From an uncultured Gammaproteobacteria bacterium (GTDB lineage Bacteria > Patescibacteriota > Microgenomatia > Daviesbacterales > UBA10151): a DNA stretch of 16,580 nucleotides. The stretch is taken from assembly GCA_964522265.1 (NCBI GenBank), contig CAZFVS010000003.1, positions 855-17,434 of the forward strand, in the 5' to 3' direction. Within the stretch, counting starts at the first letter, position 1. Each line of letters begins with the position of its first letter. Of this stretch, positions 1 through 7,825 are shown in pieces. A program made the translations under genes and the position numbers. Below the pieces are notes generated by a model. That model had not been told where the DNA came from. It saw only the letters and a program-made list of their open reading frames with translations, and did not search any database.

Positions 1-1427
1 GGAGCCTTTTTTAACTGATTTTTTAACACTTTAAGTGCGATACTGTCCGTTTTTTCCAGATCAAGAGGATCTGAAGATGTACAAACCCATCTGAACGGAC
101 CAAAACCATAGTCAAAACACATCGGCCCCATAATATCCTGGACATATGAGGGGTATTTAAACGTACCGTCAGGTTTAAAAATATCTGCGCCTGCCCTTCC
201 CGCTTCCAGTAAAAAAGCATTGCCATAATCCCAAAAATACATCCCCTTTTGAACCATTTTACTTACTGCAGCTGCATGTCTTTTCAGCGACAGGTAAACC
301 TCTCTTTTAAAAACTGCCGGCTCATCAGAGATCATTTTACTAGCCTGACTAAAAGATAATCCGACCGGATAGTATCCTCCTGAAAATGGATTGTGCAGTG
401 ACGTTTGGTCTGATCCAAGTTCTACTTTAACATTATCCGCAACCAACTTTTCCCAAAGGTCAACAATATTACCTGAATAGGCAAGAGAGACTGCTTCCTT
501 CCCTTCCCTGGCTTTAGAAATTCTGTATATTAGTTGATCCAGATCTGTATAAACCTCATCCACCCACCCTTGAGAATATCTCTTTTCAACGGCTTTTGGA
601 TTAACCTCTGCAATCACACCAACCGCCCCTGCAATAACAGCTGCTTTAGCCTGAGCCCCTGACATCCCTCCCAAACCCGAGGAAACAAAGACTCTGCCTG
701 ATAAATTTTCCAAACCCATTCTTCTGCCGGCATTCAAAACCGTGATTGTCGTTCCGTGTACTACTCCTTGCGATCCTATATACATAAATGATCCTGCCGT
801 CATCTGTCCATATTGAGTTACCCCCAAAGCATTGAACCTCTCCCAATCATCGGGTTTGGAATAGTTGGGCACCATCATCCCGTTTGTTATTATCAGCCTG
901 GGGGCATCTTTACCGGAGGGAAAAAGACCTAAGGGATGGCCTGAATACAAAACTAAGCTCTGATCATCACCCATCTTAGCCAGATATTGCATAGTCAAAA
1001 GATACTGCGCCCAGTTTTGGAAAGCCGCCCCATTTCCTCCATAAGTGATCAACTCGTCCGGATGCTGTGCAACAGCCCTATCCAGGTTATTGCTGATCAT
1101 CAGCATTATGGCTGCTGCAGATTTTGACTGATGGGGGAATTCATTGATGCTTCTTGCTGTAATCTCATAGTCAGGCTTAAATCTGTACATATAAATCCGG
1201 CCGTAATCTTTCAACTCTTCGGCAAATTCCTCTGCTAAAATTTCGTGGGATTTTTGGGGGAAGTAACGGAGTGCATTTTTTACAGCCAGCTTTTTTTCCT
1301 CCGCTGATAAAATATCCTGGCGTTTTGGAGTGTGGTTGATATTTTTATCATATGGTTTTTTGCGAGGTAGTTGATCCGGAATACCCTCAAGAATCTTTAT
1401 TTGGAATTCAGAAATTGCTTTTTCCAT
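1..1427 (-). CDS. hutU: Urocanate hydratase (urocanase), long-form type. The N-terminal 475 codons are present and the 3' end runs off the window.
   Basis: This gene is absent from the supplied ORF track because it has no stop inside the window. Hand translation of the minus strand from ATG 1427-1425 is stop-free down to position 1. It reads MEKAISEFQIKILEGIPDQLPRKKPYD..NALRYFPQ..RIYMYRFKP..ITYGGNGAAFQNWAQY..TQYGQMTAGSFMYIGSQGVVHGT..GLGGMSGAQAKAA..GSDQTSLHNP..WDYGNAFLLEA..DIMGPMCFDYGFGPFRWVCTS, which are urocanase signature blocks. The start abuts the hutH stop (TAAATG). Confidence 0.92.
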   Translation of the reverse strand, partial: MEKAISEFQIKILEGIPDQLPRKKPYDKNINHTPKRQDILSAEEKKLAVKNALRYFPQKSHEILAEEFAEELKDYGRIYMYRFKPDYEITARSINEFPHQSKSAAAIMLMISNNLDRAVAQHPDELITYGGNGAAFQNWAQYLLTMQYLAKMGDDQSLVLYSGHPLGLFPSGKDAPRLIITNGMMVPNYSKPDDWERFNALGVTQYGQMTAGSFMYIGSQGVVHGTTITVLNAGRRMGLENLSGRVFVSSGLGGMSGAQAKAAVIAGAVGVIAEVNPKAVEKRYSQGWVDEVYTDLDQLIYRISKAREGKEAVSLAYSGNIVDLWEKLVADNVKVELGSDQTSLHNPFSGGYYPVGLSFSQASKMISDEPAVFKREVYLSLKRHAAAVSKMVQKGMYFWDYGNAFLLEAGRAGADIFKPDGTFKYPSYVQDIMGPMCFDYGFGPFRWVCTSSDPLDLEKTDSIALKVLKNQLKKA

Positions 1428-2915
1428 TTACAACTTTCTGCTGTCTATCAACTCAACTATCTTACTGATGTATGGTGTATACTCCTGATCATGATCAAAA
1501 AAAGGTACTGTCTTTCTGATTTGATTGTAAACCTTTGACGTACCTGGAGCCAGATTATAGCCTTCTTTGAGGCGGAAGTCGACTGCCTGGCAGACTGATA
1601 AAAGCTCTATCGCCAGAACAAATTTAACATTTCCCACCACCTCAAGTGTTTTCCTGGCAGAAATCGTCCCCATAGACACAATATCTTCGATATTGGCCGA
1701 TGTTGGGATAGAATCAACAACAGCCGGGTGGGCAAGTATCTTATTTTCAGAAACCAGGGCTGCGGTTGTATATTGCAAGATCATCAGTCCGGAATTTAAC
1801 CCCGGATTTTTTGCCAGGAATGGAGGTAAACCGTAGTTGTGATCCGGATCAAGGATTGCACATATCCTTCTGTCAGCTATGTTCGCCAACTCACAAACAG
1901 CTATCCGCAGTGTATCCATTGCCAAAGACACTGCTTCCCCATGAAAGTTGCCGCAGGAGATAATTTCAACATCCTGACCTTTAGAAAAGATTAACGGGTT
2001 GTCTGTCACAGAGTTTACTTCAATATTGACAACATCTTTGACATATTCTATTGCATCCCTGACCGCTCCATGGATCTGCGGCATACATCTGATTGAATAC
2101 TGGTCCTGGATCCGGGCCTGATCCGGCATGGTGCTGCCTAAAAGAAGCTTCCTCAACCTCTGGGCAACCAGCAGTTGGCCTTGAGCAGGTTTTATCCGAT
2201 GCACCCTACTGTCAAAAGCTGCATGTGTTGCACGCAGTGCCTCGGCACACAGTGCACCTGAAAAATCAGCGATATCTGCAAGATATGCTGCATCAGAAAG
2301 TGCAAAAATGGCAACGGCTGTCATGGTTGCGGTGTTGTTAATCAAAGCCAGACCCTCTTTTGCTTCAATTTTTACAGCCGGAATATCGGCCTGCTTCATC
2401 GCCTCATATCCGGAAATCTTGACACCATCAAAATATGCCTCACCCTCCCCCATGGCGACAAGTACAATATGTGCAGAGGGGTTGAGATCGCCGCTTGAAC
2501 CAACAGACCCTTTTTCCGGCACAACCGGAATAACTCCTTGATTAATCATCCGCATAAGAGTTTCCACTATCACCGGACGGACCCCGGAATATCCCTTGGA
2601 TAAGTTATTAATTATCAAAAGCATGATCGCCCTGACAATATTTTGGGGAAAAGGGTTACCCACCCCTGCAGCATGTGAGCGGATCAGGTTTTCCTGAAGA
2701 GTTAAGATATCCTCAAAGTTGATGTTTTTGGTTTTTAATGCACCAAACCCTGTGTTAATGCCATATACAGCACTCTTTTGGCCCAGTATCTTCTTTATTT
2801 TTTCTCTTTGCTTCCTTATCCGTTTTAATATTTTGGGGTCAACCGATATTTTCTCATCCCTTGTTATGCTCTTATAAATATCCTGGTAGCTAATCTGTCT
2901 GCTGGAGATGTTCAC
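1428..2915 (-). CDS. hutH: Histidine ammonia-lyase (MIO-dependent aromatic amino acid lyase family)
   Basis: The 495-aa ORF carries YGINTGFG, the MIO region GSVGSSGDLNPSAH, NNTATMTA, QDQYSIRC and GNFHGE, all typical of HAL. The GTG start overlaps the hutI stop (GTGA), and the gene sits between hutI and hutU. Confidence 0.93.
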   Translation of the reverse strand: MNISSRQISYQDIYKSITRDEKISVDPKILKRIRKQREKIKKILGQKSAVYGINTGFGALKTKNINFEDILTLQENLIRSHAAGVGNPFPQNIVRAIMLLIINNLSKGYSGVRPVIVETLMRMINQGVIPVVPEKGSVGSSGDLNPSAHIVLVAMGEGEAYFDGVKISGYEAMKQADIPAVKIEAKEGLALINNTATMTAVAIFALSDAAYLADIADFSGALCAEALRATHAAFDSRVHRIKPAQGQLLVAQRLRKLLLGSTMPDQARIQDQYSIRCMPQIHGAVRDAIEYVKDVVNIEVNSVTDNPLIFSKGQDVEIISCGNFHGEAVSLAMDTLRIAVCELANIADRRICAILDPDHNYGLPPFLAKNPGLNSGLMILQYTTAALVSENKILAHPAVVDSIPTSANIEDIVSMGTISARKTLEVVGNVKFVLAIELLSVCQAVDFRLKEGYNLAPGTSKVYNQIRKTVPFFDHDQEYTPYISKIVELIDSRKL

Positions 2916-4132
2916 TGAATAATTTTCCCATTTTTTACCACAATCTTATTGGGACTGAGACCGATACCGTAGGAAAGTTCTGCAGGACTTGAGATATCCC
3001 AAACTACAAAATCAGCTTTTTTCCCAACCTCAACAGTTCCAATCGCAGATCCCAACCCCAATGCTTTGGCACCATTGGCAGTAACACCCAAAAGCGCATC
3101 TTCCGGAGTAAACTTCCATAAAACACAGGCCATATTCATAACCGCAAGCAGTGAATTAATGGGTGAGGTACCGGGGTTTAAATCTGTGGATATTGCTACA
3201 GGGACTTTGTAATTTTTGAGCAACTCCAAAGGCGGTTTTTGGGTTTCGTTTAAATAGTATGAAGCCCCAGGCAAAAGCACTGCGGTTGTACCGGATTTCG
3301 CAATTGCCCTAACACCATCTTCTTCCAGATATTCCAGATGGTCAACCGAAAGAGCGCTATATCTTGATGCAAGAACCGCCCCTTTTTGATCACTGAGCTG
3401 CTCCGTATGAAGTTTAACAGGAAACCCAAATTTTTTGGCTTTTGAAAAAAGTTTTTCTACCTGGCTAGCGTTAAACGCAATACTTTCACAAAATGCATCA
3501 ACCGTATCAGCCAGCCCCTCTTTTTTTATCTCCAGCAGGACCTCATCACATAAAAAATTTATATATTCATCCGCCTGACCCTTGTATTCAGGCGGAATGG
3601 CATGTGCGCCAAGATAGGTCCTCTGGATTGTGGCGTAAGAATCTTTTTGCAGACGCGTAGCCACCCTGAGCATTTTTAACTCTGTTTCCATATCCAATCC
3701 GTAACCTGATTTTATCTCGATGGTAGTCACCCCTTCTTGGAGAAACCGGACCAGTCTCTCTTTAGCTCTCAGAAAAAGCTCATTTTCATCTGTTTCCCTG
3801 GTTGCTTGAACTGTTGAATTAATACCTCCGCCCATTTTAGAGATCTGGGCATAAGTCATCCCTTTCTGGCGCATCTCAAACTCCCCAACCCTCGATCCGC
3901 CGAATATTAAATGGGTATGGCAATCAATAAGCCCCGGTGTTATCCAAAAATTATTACCCTTGTGGATTTTCTTGACTGAGCTTAAATCTCTTTTCGTCAA
4001 GTCTTTTTGTCTGCCGACCCATGAAATTTTCTCCCCGGAAACACCAATGGCACCTTCGGATATAACACCATAATTTTCTCCTGACATAGTTGCAATATTT
4101 ACATCCAGCCAAAGCTCATCAAAAACTTCCAT
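2912..4132 (-). CDS. hutI: Imidazolonepropionase (amidohydrolase superfamily)
   Basis: The 406-aa ORF has the metal-binding DCHTHLIFGG motif, GYGL, VKLHTEQL, SVDHLE and STDLNPGTSP. It has an ATG start and lies in hut operon context. Confidence 0.93.
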   Translation of the reverse strand: MEVFDELWLDVNIATMSGENYGVISEGAIGVSGEKISWVGRQKDLTKRDLSSVKKIHKGNNFWITPGLIDCHTHLIFGGSRVGEFEMRQKGMTYAQISKMGGGINSTVQATRETDENELFLRAKERLVRFLQEGVTTIEIKSGYGLDMETELKMLRVATRLQKDSYATIQRTYLGAHAIPPEYKGQADEYINFLCDEVLLEIKKEGLADTVDAFCESIAFNASQVEKLFSKAKKFGFPVKLHTEQLSDQKGAVLASRYSALSVDHLEYLEEDGVRAIAKSGTTAVLLPGASYYLNETQKPPLELLKNYKVPVAISTDLNPGTSPINSLLAVMNMACVLWKFTPEDALLGVTANGAKALGLGSAIGTVEVGKKADFVVWDISSPAELSYGIGLSPNKIVVKNGKIIQ

Positions 4133-5078
4133 AAAATTTGTAATTTCTTAAAAAATAGGCTGTTGAAAGTGCGGCGAGACGGGCAGTTATGCCATCCCGG
4201 TCGAGGTTGGGCGCCAGTTCGGCAATGCCAAACCCTATGACTTTTCCAGACTTTGCAAACATCTTCAGGTATCTATTAACCTGGGCGGGTGTCAAACCGA
4301 AGGGAGATGGTGCGCTTACGCCCGGGGCAAAATTTTGCGCGTAAACGTCAAGGCAGACAGTCAGGTAAATGAATTTTTGGCCCGAAATAAACTCTTCCGC
4401 ACTGGCAAGGGCATATGCATCTTCCGCAAGAATATATTTTGTGCCGAGTCTCTCCGCTTCGGAAAAAAGATAGGGCGTATTCCCTTCAGGCTGGATGCCT
4501 ATACAAAGGTAGTCAAATGACAGGTTTTTTTCTTTGCAGTAATCAGCAATTTGCCTGAAAGATGTGCCTGACGTCCCTTTGCCGAATTCAGGGGGCCGCA
4601 GGTCAAAGTGGGCATCGATATTGACAATCCCGATCTCTTTAAAATTTTGTGCAAGGCCCTGGTACTGTCCCCATGCCAATTCGTGACCTCCTCCCAATAT
4701 TACAGATACTGAATTTTTGGATATAACCTCCCTCACGATTCTTGCCAACTCCTTTTGTGAACATTCCAAATCCTTATCCTTCACTGTTACTGTACCCAAA
4801 TCATAGATTTTATGATCTAAAGACCCATGGTATGCTAAGGGCGCCAATCGTTTCCTGATTTCGTTTGGTCCCTTTGAAGCACCAAGCCTCCCCAAATTGC
4901 GCCTCACACCCTCATCAGATGCAAAACCGATCAGCGAAAAACTTCCTCCATCTATATCTAAACCTTTTGAGAGGTCTTTACAAATCACATTTTTGAAATA
5001 CCTGTCAAAGCTGCCACCGTCATCCCGTCCTTTCCAAAAACTTGCTGATGCGCTCTGGTACAGTTCTTTAGGATTCAT
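4119..5078 (-). CDS. hutG: Formimidoylglutamase (arginase/ureohydrolase family)
   Basis: Arginase-fold motifs are present: GFASDEGVRRNLGR, ILGGGHELAWG, NIDAHFDLR, SGTSFRQI and CLDVYAQNFAPGVSAP. The track ORF extends to a TTG at 5099. I call the ATG at 5078 (MNPKELYQ...) because a TATAAT box sits 9 nt upstream of it. The alternative end is 5099. Confidence 0.88.
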   Translation of the reverse strand: MNPKELYQSASASFWKGRDDGGSFDRYFKNVICKDLSKGLDIDGGSFSLIGFASDEGVRRNLGRLGASKGPNEIRKRLAPLAYHGSLDHKIYDLGTVTVKDKDLECSQKELARIVREVISKNSVSVILGGGHELAWGQYQGLAQNFKEIGIVNIDAHFDLRPPEFGKGTSGTSFRQIADYCKEKNLSFDYLCIGIQPEGNTPYLFSEAERLGTKYILAEDAYALASAEEFISGQKFIYLTVCLDVYAQNFAPGVSAPSPFGLTPAQVNRYLKMFAKSGKVIGFGIAELAPNLDRDGITARLAALSTAYFLRNYKFYGSF

Positions 5079-5087
5079 TCTGGAGGT

Positions 5088-5093
5088 ATTATA
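5088..5093 (-). promoter_or_regulatory. Candidate -10 box (TATAAT) for the hut operon, 9 nt upstream of the hutG ATG
   Basis: The minus strand reads TTGGTATATAAT-ACCTCCAGA-ATG. No SD lies between the box and the start. A weak -35-like TTTAAA sits 16 nt upstream. Confidence 0.35.
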
Positions 5094-5101
5094 TACCAAT
5101 C

Positions 5102-5110
5102 TGCTAATAT
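5102..5110 (+). promoter_or_regulatory. Candidate extended -10 (TGcTAATAT), 6 nt upstream of the small-ORF ATG at 5117
   Basis: The plus strand reads TGCTAATAT-TTAAAT-ATG. This geometry predicts a leaderless transcript beginning at the A of the ATG. Confidence 0.3.
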
Positions 5111-5116
5111 TTAAAT

Positions 5117-5284
5117 ATGCCCTCTAAAACCTTAGTTTATTTGGGAATGACCATAGGATCAATTATAGGCGGGTATGCACCAATGATCTTTGGCGCAGAG
5201 GTTTTTTCTTTTTGGTCAATAATCGGAAGTGCAATTGGCGCTATATTGGGAATATATGCAGGTTATAAATTATCAGATTTTTAA
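5117..5284 (+). CDS. Small (55 aa) two-helix glycine-zipper membrane protein, not in the ORF track
   Basis: Hand translation gives MPSKTLVYLGMTIGSIIGGYAPMIFGAEVFSFWSIIGSAIGAILGIYAGYKLSDF, ending at a TAA stop. It has two hydrophobic segments with GxxxG-like spacing. It fills an otherwise unexplained gap in a very compact locus. Confidence 0.5.
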   Translation: MPSKTLVYLGMTIGSIIGGYAPMIFGAEVFSFWSIIGSAIGAILGIYAGYKLSDF

Positions 5285-5385
5285 CCTTTCTGGTGCTTAA
5301 AAAATTCCACCTGCCTCAATCTTTTTAACGCTTCCTTTCTTGTTTTATATGGTCCACCATACCCCAATTTCCTTTTAACTATCAT
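5281..5385 (-). CDS. Small (34 aa) highly basic ORF, 3 nt downstream of the gltX stop, not in the ORF track
   Basis: Hand translation gives MIVKRKLGYGGPYKTRKEALKRLRQVEFFKHQKG, with 11 K/R in 34 residues. The ATG at 5385 follows the gltX TAA by 3 nt, so translational coupling is possible. There is no SD and I recognise no homology. Confidence 0.3.
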   Translation of the reverse strand: MIVKRKLGYGGPYKTRKEALKRLRQVEFFKHQKG

Positions 5386-5388
5386 TTT

Positions 5389-6759
5389 TTACTCTGAGGC
5401 GATCTGCTCTGTAAGTTTGGGCAGATCCTGATAAGACCTCGCAACATATTCAATTCTCCGCAGTGTCTCATCTTCTCCTAAAATCTGTATACATTCAAAA
5501 AGCGGCGGGGTAACCAGCTGCCCGGAAATAGCTGCCCTGATTAGTTGGAACATATCACCGGCAGAAATTTTTAACTCCCCTGCCAACCCCCTAAAAGTTT
5601 TTTCAAACTCTTTAGCTTTCCAAGGTTTTCCCATTCCCTGCATCTTTTCTATTATCCTATCCAACACTTTTTGTATATCCCCCTCAATTTTTAATTTTTC
5701 AAAAACTGATTTATCATACTCCGGTTTTTCCCAAAGAAAATCAGTTAGCGGGATAAAATCTGATAACTTTTTTATCCTCTCTTGTACCAGTGGAGCTGCT
5801 TTATCAAGATCGTCAACAGTCGGACGGTCTTTTTTGGTTAATGTTCCTAAAGAAAGATTCTCCAAATATTGTTTAATTAGAAATTTTAAATTAGAAATTG
5901 ATAATTTTCTTATATATTCACCGTTCATCCATTCCAATTTTTGGGGATCAAAATAAACCGAAGCCTGGTTAAAATCCTTCAAATCAAAAACCTTTATCAT
6001 CTCCTCCAAAGAAAAAATCTCTTTCCTCTCAGGATTCGACCAGCCCAAAAGCGCGAGGAAGTTAATAACCACCTGGTTTAAATATCCTTCTTTTTTATAA
6101 TCCAAGGCGGATTTTGCGCCATGCCGCTTGGAAAGCTTAGACCGATCCGACCCAACCAAAAGCGGCAGGTGGGCAAACTGGGGAGGCGTCCAATTAAACG
6201 CTTTATAAAGCTGTAAATATTTTGGCATTGAAGAAATATATTCATTGCCGCGGATTACATGAGAAATTTGCATTAAATGGTCGTCAATTACATTTGCGAA
6301 GTTATAGGTGGGGAAGCCATCCGATTTTAAAATTACAAAATCATCATGGATGGAATTTTCGATTGTAATATCCTTATCCCCTACCAAATCGTGATAGGTT
6401 GTTTGGCCCTCTTTATGAATCTTAAACCGGATTGCCCCGTCGCTTTCATATGCCAAATCCTTTCCAATTAACTCATCTGCATACTTTTTATAAATCTCCC
6501 GCCTTTCGGATTGGACATATGGACCAAAATCTCCGCCTTTACCAGGCCCCTCATCATATTCAAAACCCAACCACTCCAACGTTTCATTTATTTGGTCTAC
6601 CGATTCCGGCACAAACCTGGCGCGGTCAGTATCCTCAAGCCGCAGGATAAATTTCCCGTTATGTTTTTTAGCAAACACATAATTAAACAACGCTTGCCAG
6701 GCAGTACCGATATGGGGCGATCCAGTGGGCGATGGTGCCATCCTAACTCTAACTTGCAT
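5389..6759 (-). CDS. gltX: Glutamyl-tRNA synthetase (class I)
   Basis: The protein starts MQVRVRMAPSPTGSPHIGT (HIGH-type motif) and has RLEDTD and a KLSKR (KMSKS-type) motif. The track ORF begins at a TTG at 6837, which would overlap the divergent gene by 32 nt. I call the ATG at 6759 because it aligns with the canonical GluRS N-terminus. Confidence 0.93.
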   Translation of the reverse strand: MQVRVRMAPSPTGSPHIGTAWQALFNYVFAKKHNGKFILRLEDTDRARFVPESVDQINETLEWLGFEYDEGPGKGGDFGPYVQSERREIYKKYADELIGKDLAYESDGAIRFKIHKEGQTTYHDLVGDKDITIENSIHDDFVILKSDGFPTYNFANVIDDHLMQISHVIRGNEYISSMPKYLQLYKAFNWTPPQFAHLPLLVGSDRSKLSKRHGAKSALDYKKEGYLNQVVINFLALLGWSNPERKEIFSLEEMIKVFDLKDFNQASVYFDPQKLEWMNGEYIRKLSISNLKFLIKQYLENLSLGTLTKKDRPTVDDLDKAAPLVQERIKKLSDFIPLTDFLWEKPEYDKSVFEKLKIEGDIQKVLDRIIEKMQGMGKPWKAKEFEKTFRGLAGELKISAGDMFQLIRAAISGQLVTPPLFECIQILGEDETLRRIEYVARSYQDLPKLTEQIASE

Positions 6760-6769
6760 AGTATGAGAT

Positions 6770-6777
6770 AGTATAAT
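6770..6777. promoter_or_regulatory. Overlapping opposite-strand -10-like boxes in the 46-bp gltX / 6806-ORF divergent spacer
   Basis: The minus strand has TATACT (6775..6770), 10 nt before the gltX ATG. The plus strand has TATAAT (6772-6777), 28 nt before the ATG at 6806. Neither has a convincing -35. Confidence 0.3.
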
Positions 6778-6805
6778 ATAACTAGCTGCTGCTTGCAAAA
6801 CATCT

Positions 6806-7822
6806 ATGACACTCACAGAAACAGCCTCTTTTACCAAAAAACTGCTTGTATTTTCTGTGGTTTTCCTGGTAATTTTAATTATTGGAGGTTTCGGTTACCA
6901 AGCCTTCCGCAAATACCAGCAATCCAAAATCCCGCCAATTGAGGAAAAACCTGATGTCAAATGGGGCATCTTACCCAAACCCAACCTACCGGTTTCCAGT
7001 GTTGCTTCCTCAAGCTACTCTTATACTCTTGATACAACCACAGGCTCTGTACCTAAGGATCTTCCTAAACTTATCAAGGTTTATTTTATCCCTAAGCTTG
7101 GCACAACTCTGCTTTCTGCTGACAAAGCTAAGGATTTAGCCTCAAGTTTTAAATTCACAAATGGCCCTCAAATGCTTTCTGAAACAAAATACCGCTTCTC
7201 TGATGATACCGGAGGAGAATTTACTGTTGATCTAAGCAGCGGGAACTTTAAATATAAACGGGTTTTAGCAACAGACAGCGCCTCGCTGCAGGATGAATTT
7301 ATTGCCGATGACTCTAATATAAGCACTGACTTTAAGAATTTTTTAAATGGCAAAGATCTGCTAAAAGATCAGTTGCGGGATGGGCGCAGTAAAGTTTTGT
7401 ATGACCGGTTTCCACAAAAAGAAAGCCTTACCGCCACGATATCTCTTTGGCAGGAAGATATCGACAACCTTGAGATCATCACAGATAAATTTACCACCGG
7501 GCTTATCAAGGGGGTCGTGACCAAATTTAAAGATGAGCTGCAAAAATTTTTGGAATTGGATTTTACTTTTTGGCAAATTGACAAAAGTAATTTTTCAACT
7601 TACCCGATAAAAACCGCTGATGTTGCTTTCGACGAACTTCAAACAGGCCAATCTGCCGTAGTACTTGAACCTTTAAAACCCCAGGTTTCTATCACTAAAG
7701 TATCCCTTGCCTACCTTTTGTCAGAGAATTATCCGCAATACCTGCAACCTGTTTATCTGTTTGAAGGCGACCATTTTACTGCCATGCTGCCGGCCATAAT
7801 TGATACATACCTGCAAAAATGA
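6806..7822 (+). CDS. Uncharacterised membrane-anchored (single N-terminal TM) protein, probably extracytoplasmic
   Basis: The 338-aa ORF has an ATG start and a hydrophobic helix LLVFSVVFLVILIIGGFGY near the N-terminus. The rest is hydrophilic with no motif I can assign. It is convergent with the DD-carboxypeptidase gene, with only 3 nt between the stop codons. Confidence 0.75.
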   Translation: MTLTETASFTKKLLVFSVVFLVILIIGGFGYQAFRKYQQSKIPPIEEKPDVKWGILPKPNLPVSSVASSSYSYTLDTTTGSVPKDLPKLIKVYFIPKLGTTLLSADKAKDLASSFKFTNGPQMLSETKYRFSDDTGGEFTVDLSSGNFKYKRVLATDSASLQDEFIADDSNISTDFKNFLNGKDLLKDQLRDGRSKVLYDRFPQKESLTATISLWQEDIDNLEIITDKFTTGLIKGVVTKFKDELQKFLELDFTFWQIDKSNFSTYPIKTADVAFDELQTGQSAVVLEPLKPQVSITKVSLAYLLSENYPQYLQPVYLFEGDHFTAMLPAIIDTYLQK

Positions 7823-7825
7823 AAC

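Noticed and set aside
23-846. Track ORFs 23..226 (-) and 646..846 (-) at the left end of the window
   Set aside because: Both are out-of-frame shadows inside the hutU reading frame. That frame translates without stops from 1427 to 1 and shows strong urocanase homology. Neither of the two ORFs has any recognisable motif.
1567-2541. Plus-strand ORFs of 65-89 aa lying antisense to hutH
   Set aside because: These are short, low-complexity or Pro/Ser/Cys-rich translations on the strand opposite a well-supported gene. They are typical antisense shadow ORFs.
5085-5097. 13-bp palindrome GGTAT-TAT-ATACC over the hut -10 box, as a possible HutC/GntR-type operator
   Set aside because: The arms are only 5 bp and the element is very AT-rich. 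It is largely explained by the overlapping TATAAT/TATATA sequence itself. No hutC-like regulator is present in the window.
1-5099. The hut operon might be a compositionally distinct (higher-GC) horizontally acquired island
   Set aside because: I counted GC by eye on about 25 scattered 60-nt lines. The hut region came out at roughly 42-55% and the rest at roughly 28-53%, so the ranges overlap heavily. I cannot compute windowed GC or codon statistics here, so the difference is not robust enough to claim. A sliding-window GC and tetranucleotide analysis would settle it.
6760-6837. 26-codon N-terminal extension of gltX in the ORF track (MVKEAVSV...)
   Set aside because: It starts at a TTG and would overlap the divergent 6806 ORF by 32 nt. 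It also precedes the canonical GluRS N-terminus (M-x-V-R-x-R-x-APSPTG), which begins at the ATG at 6759.
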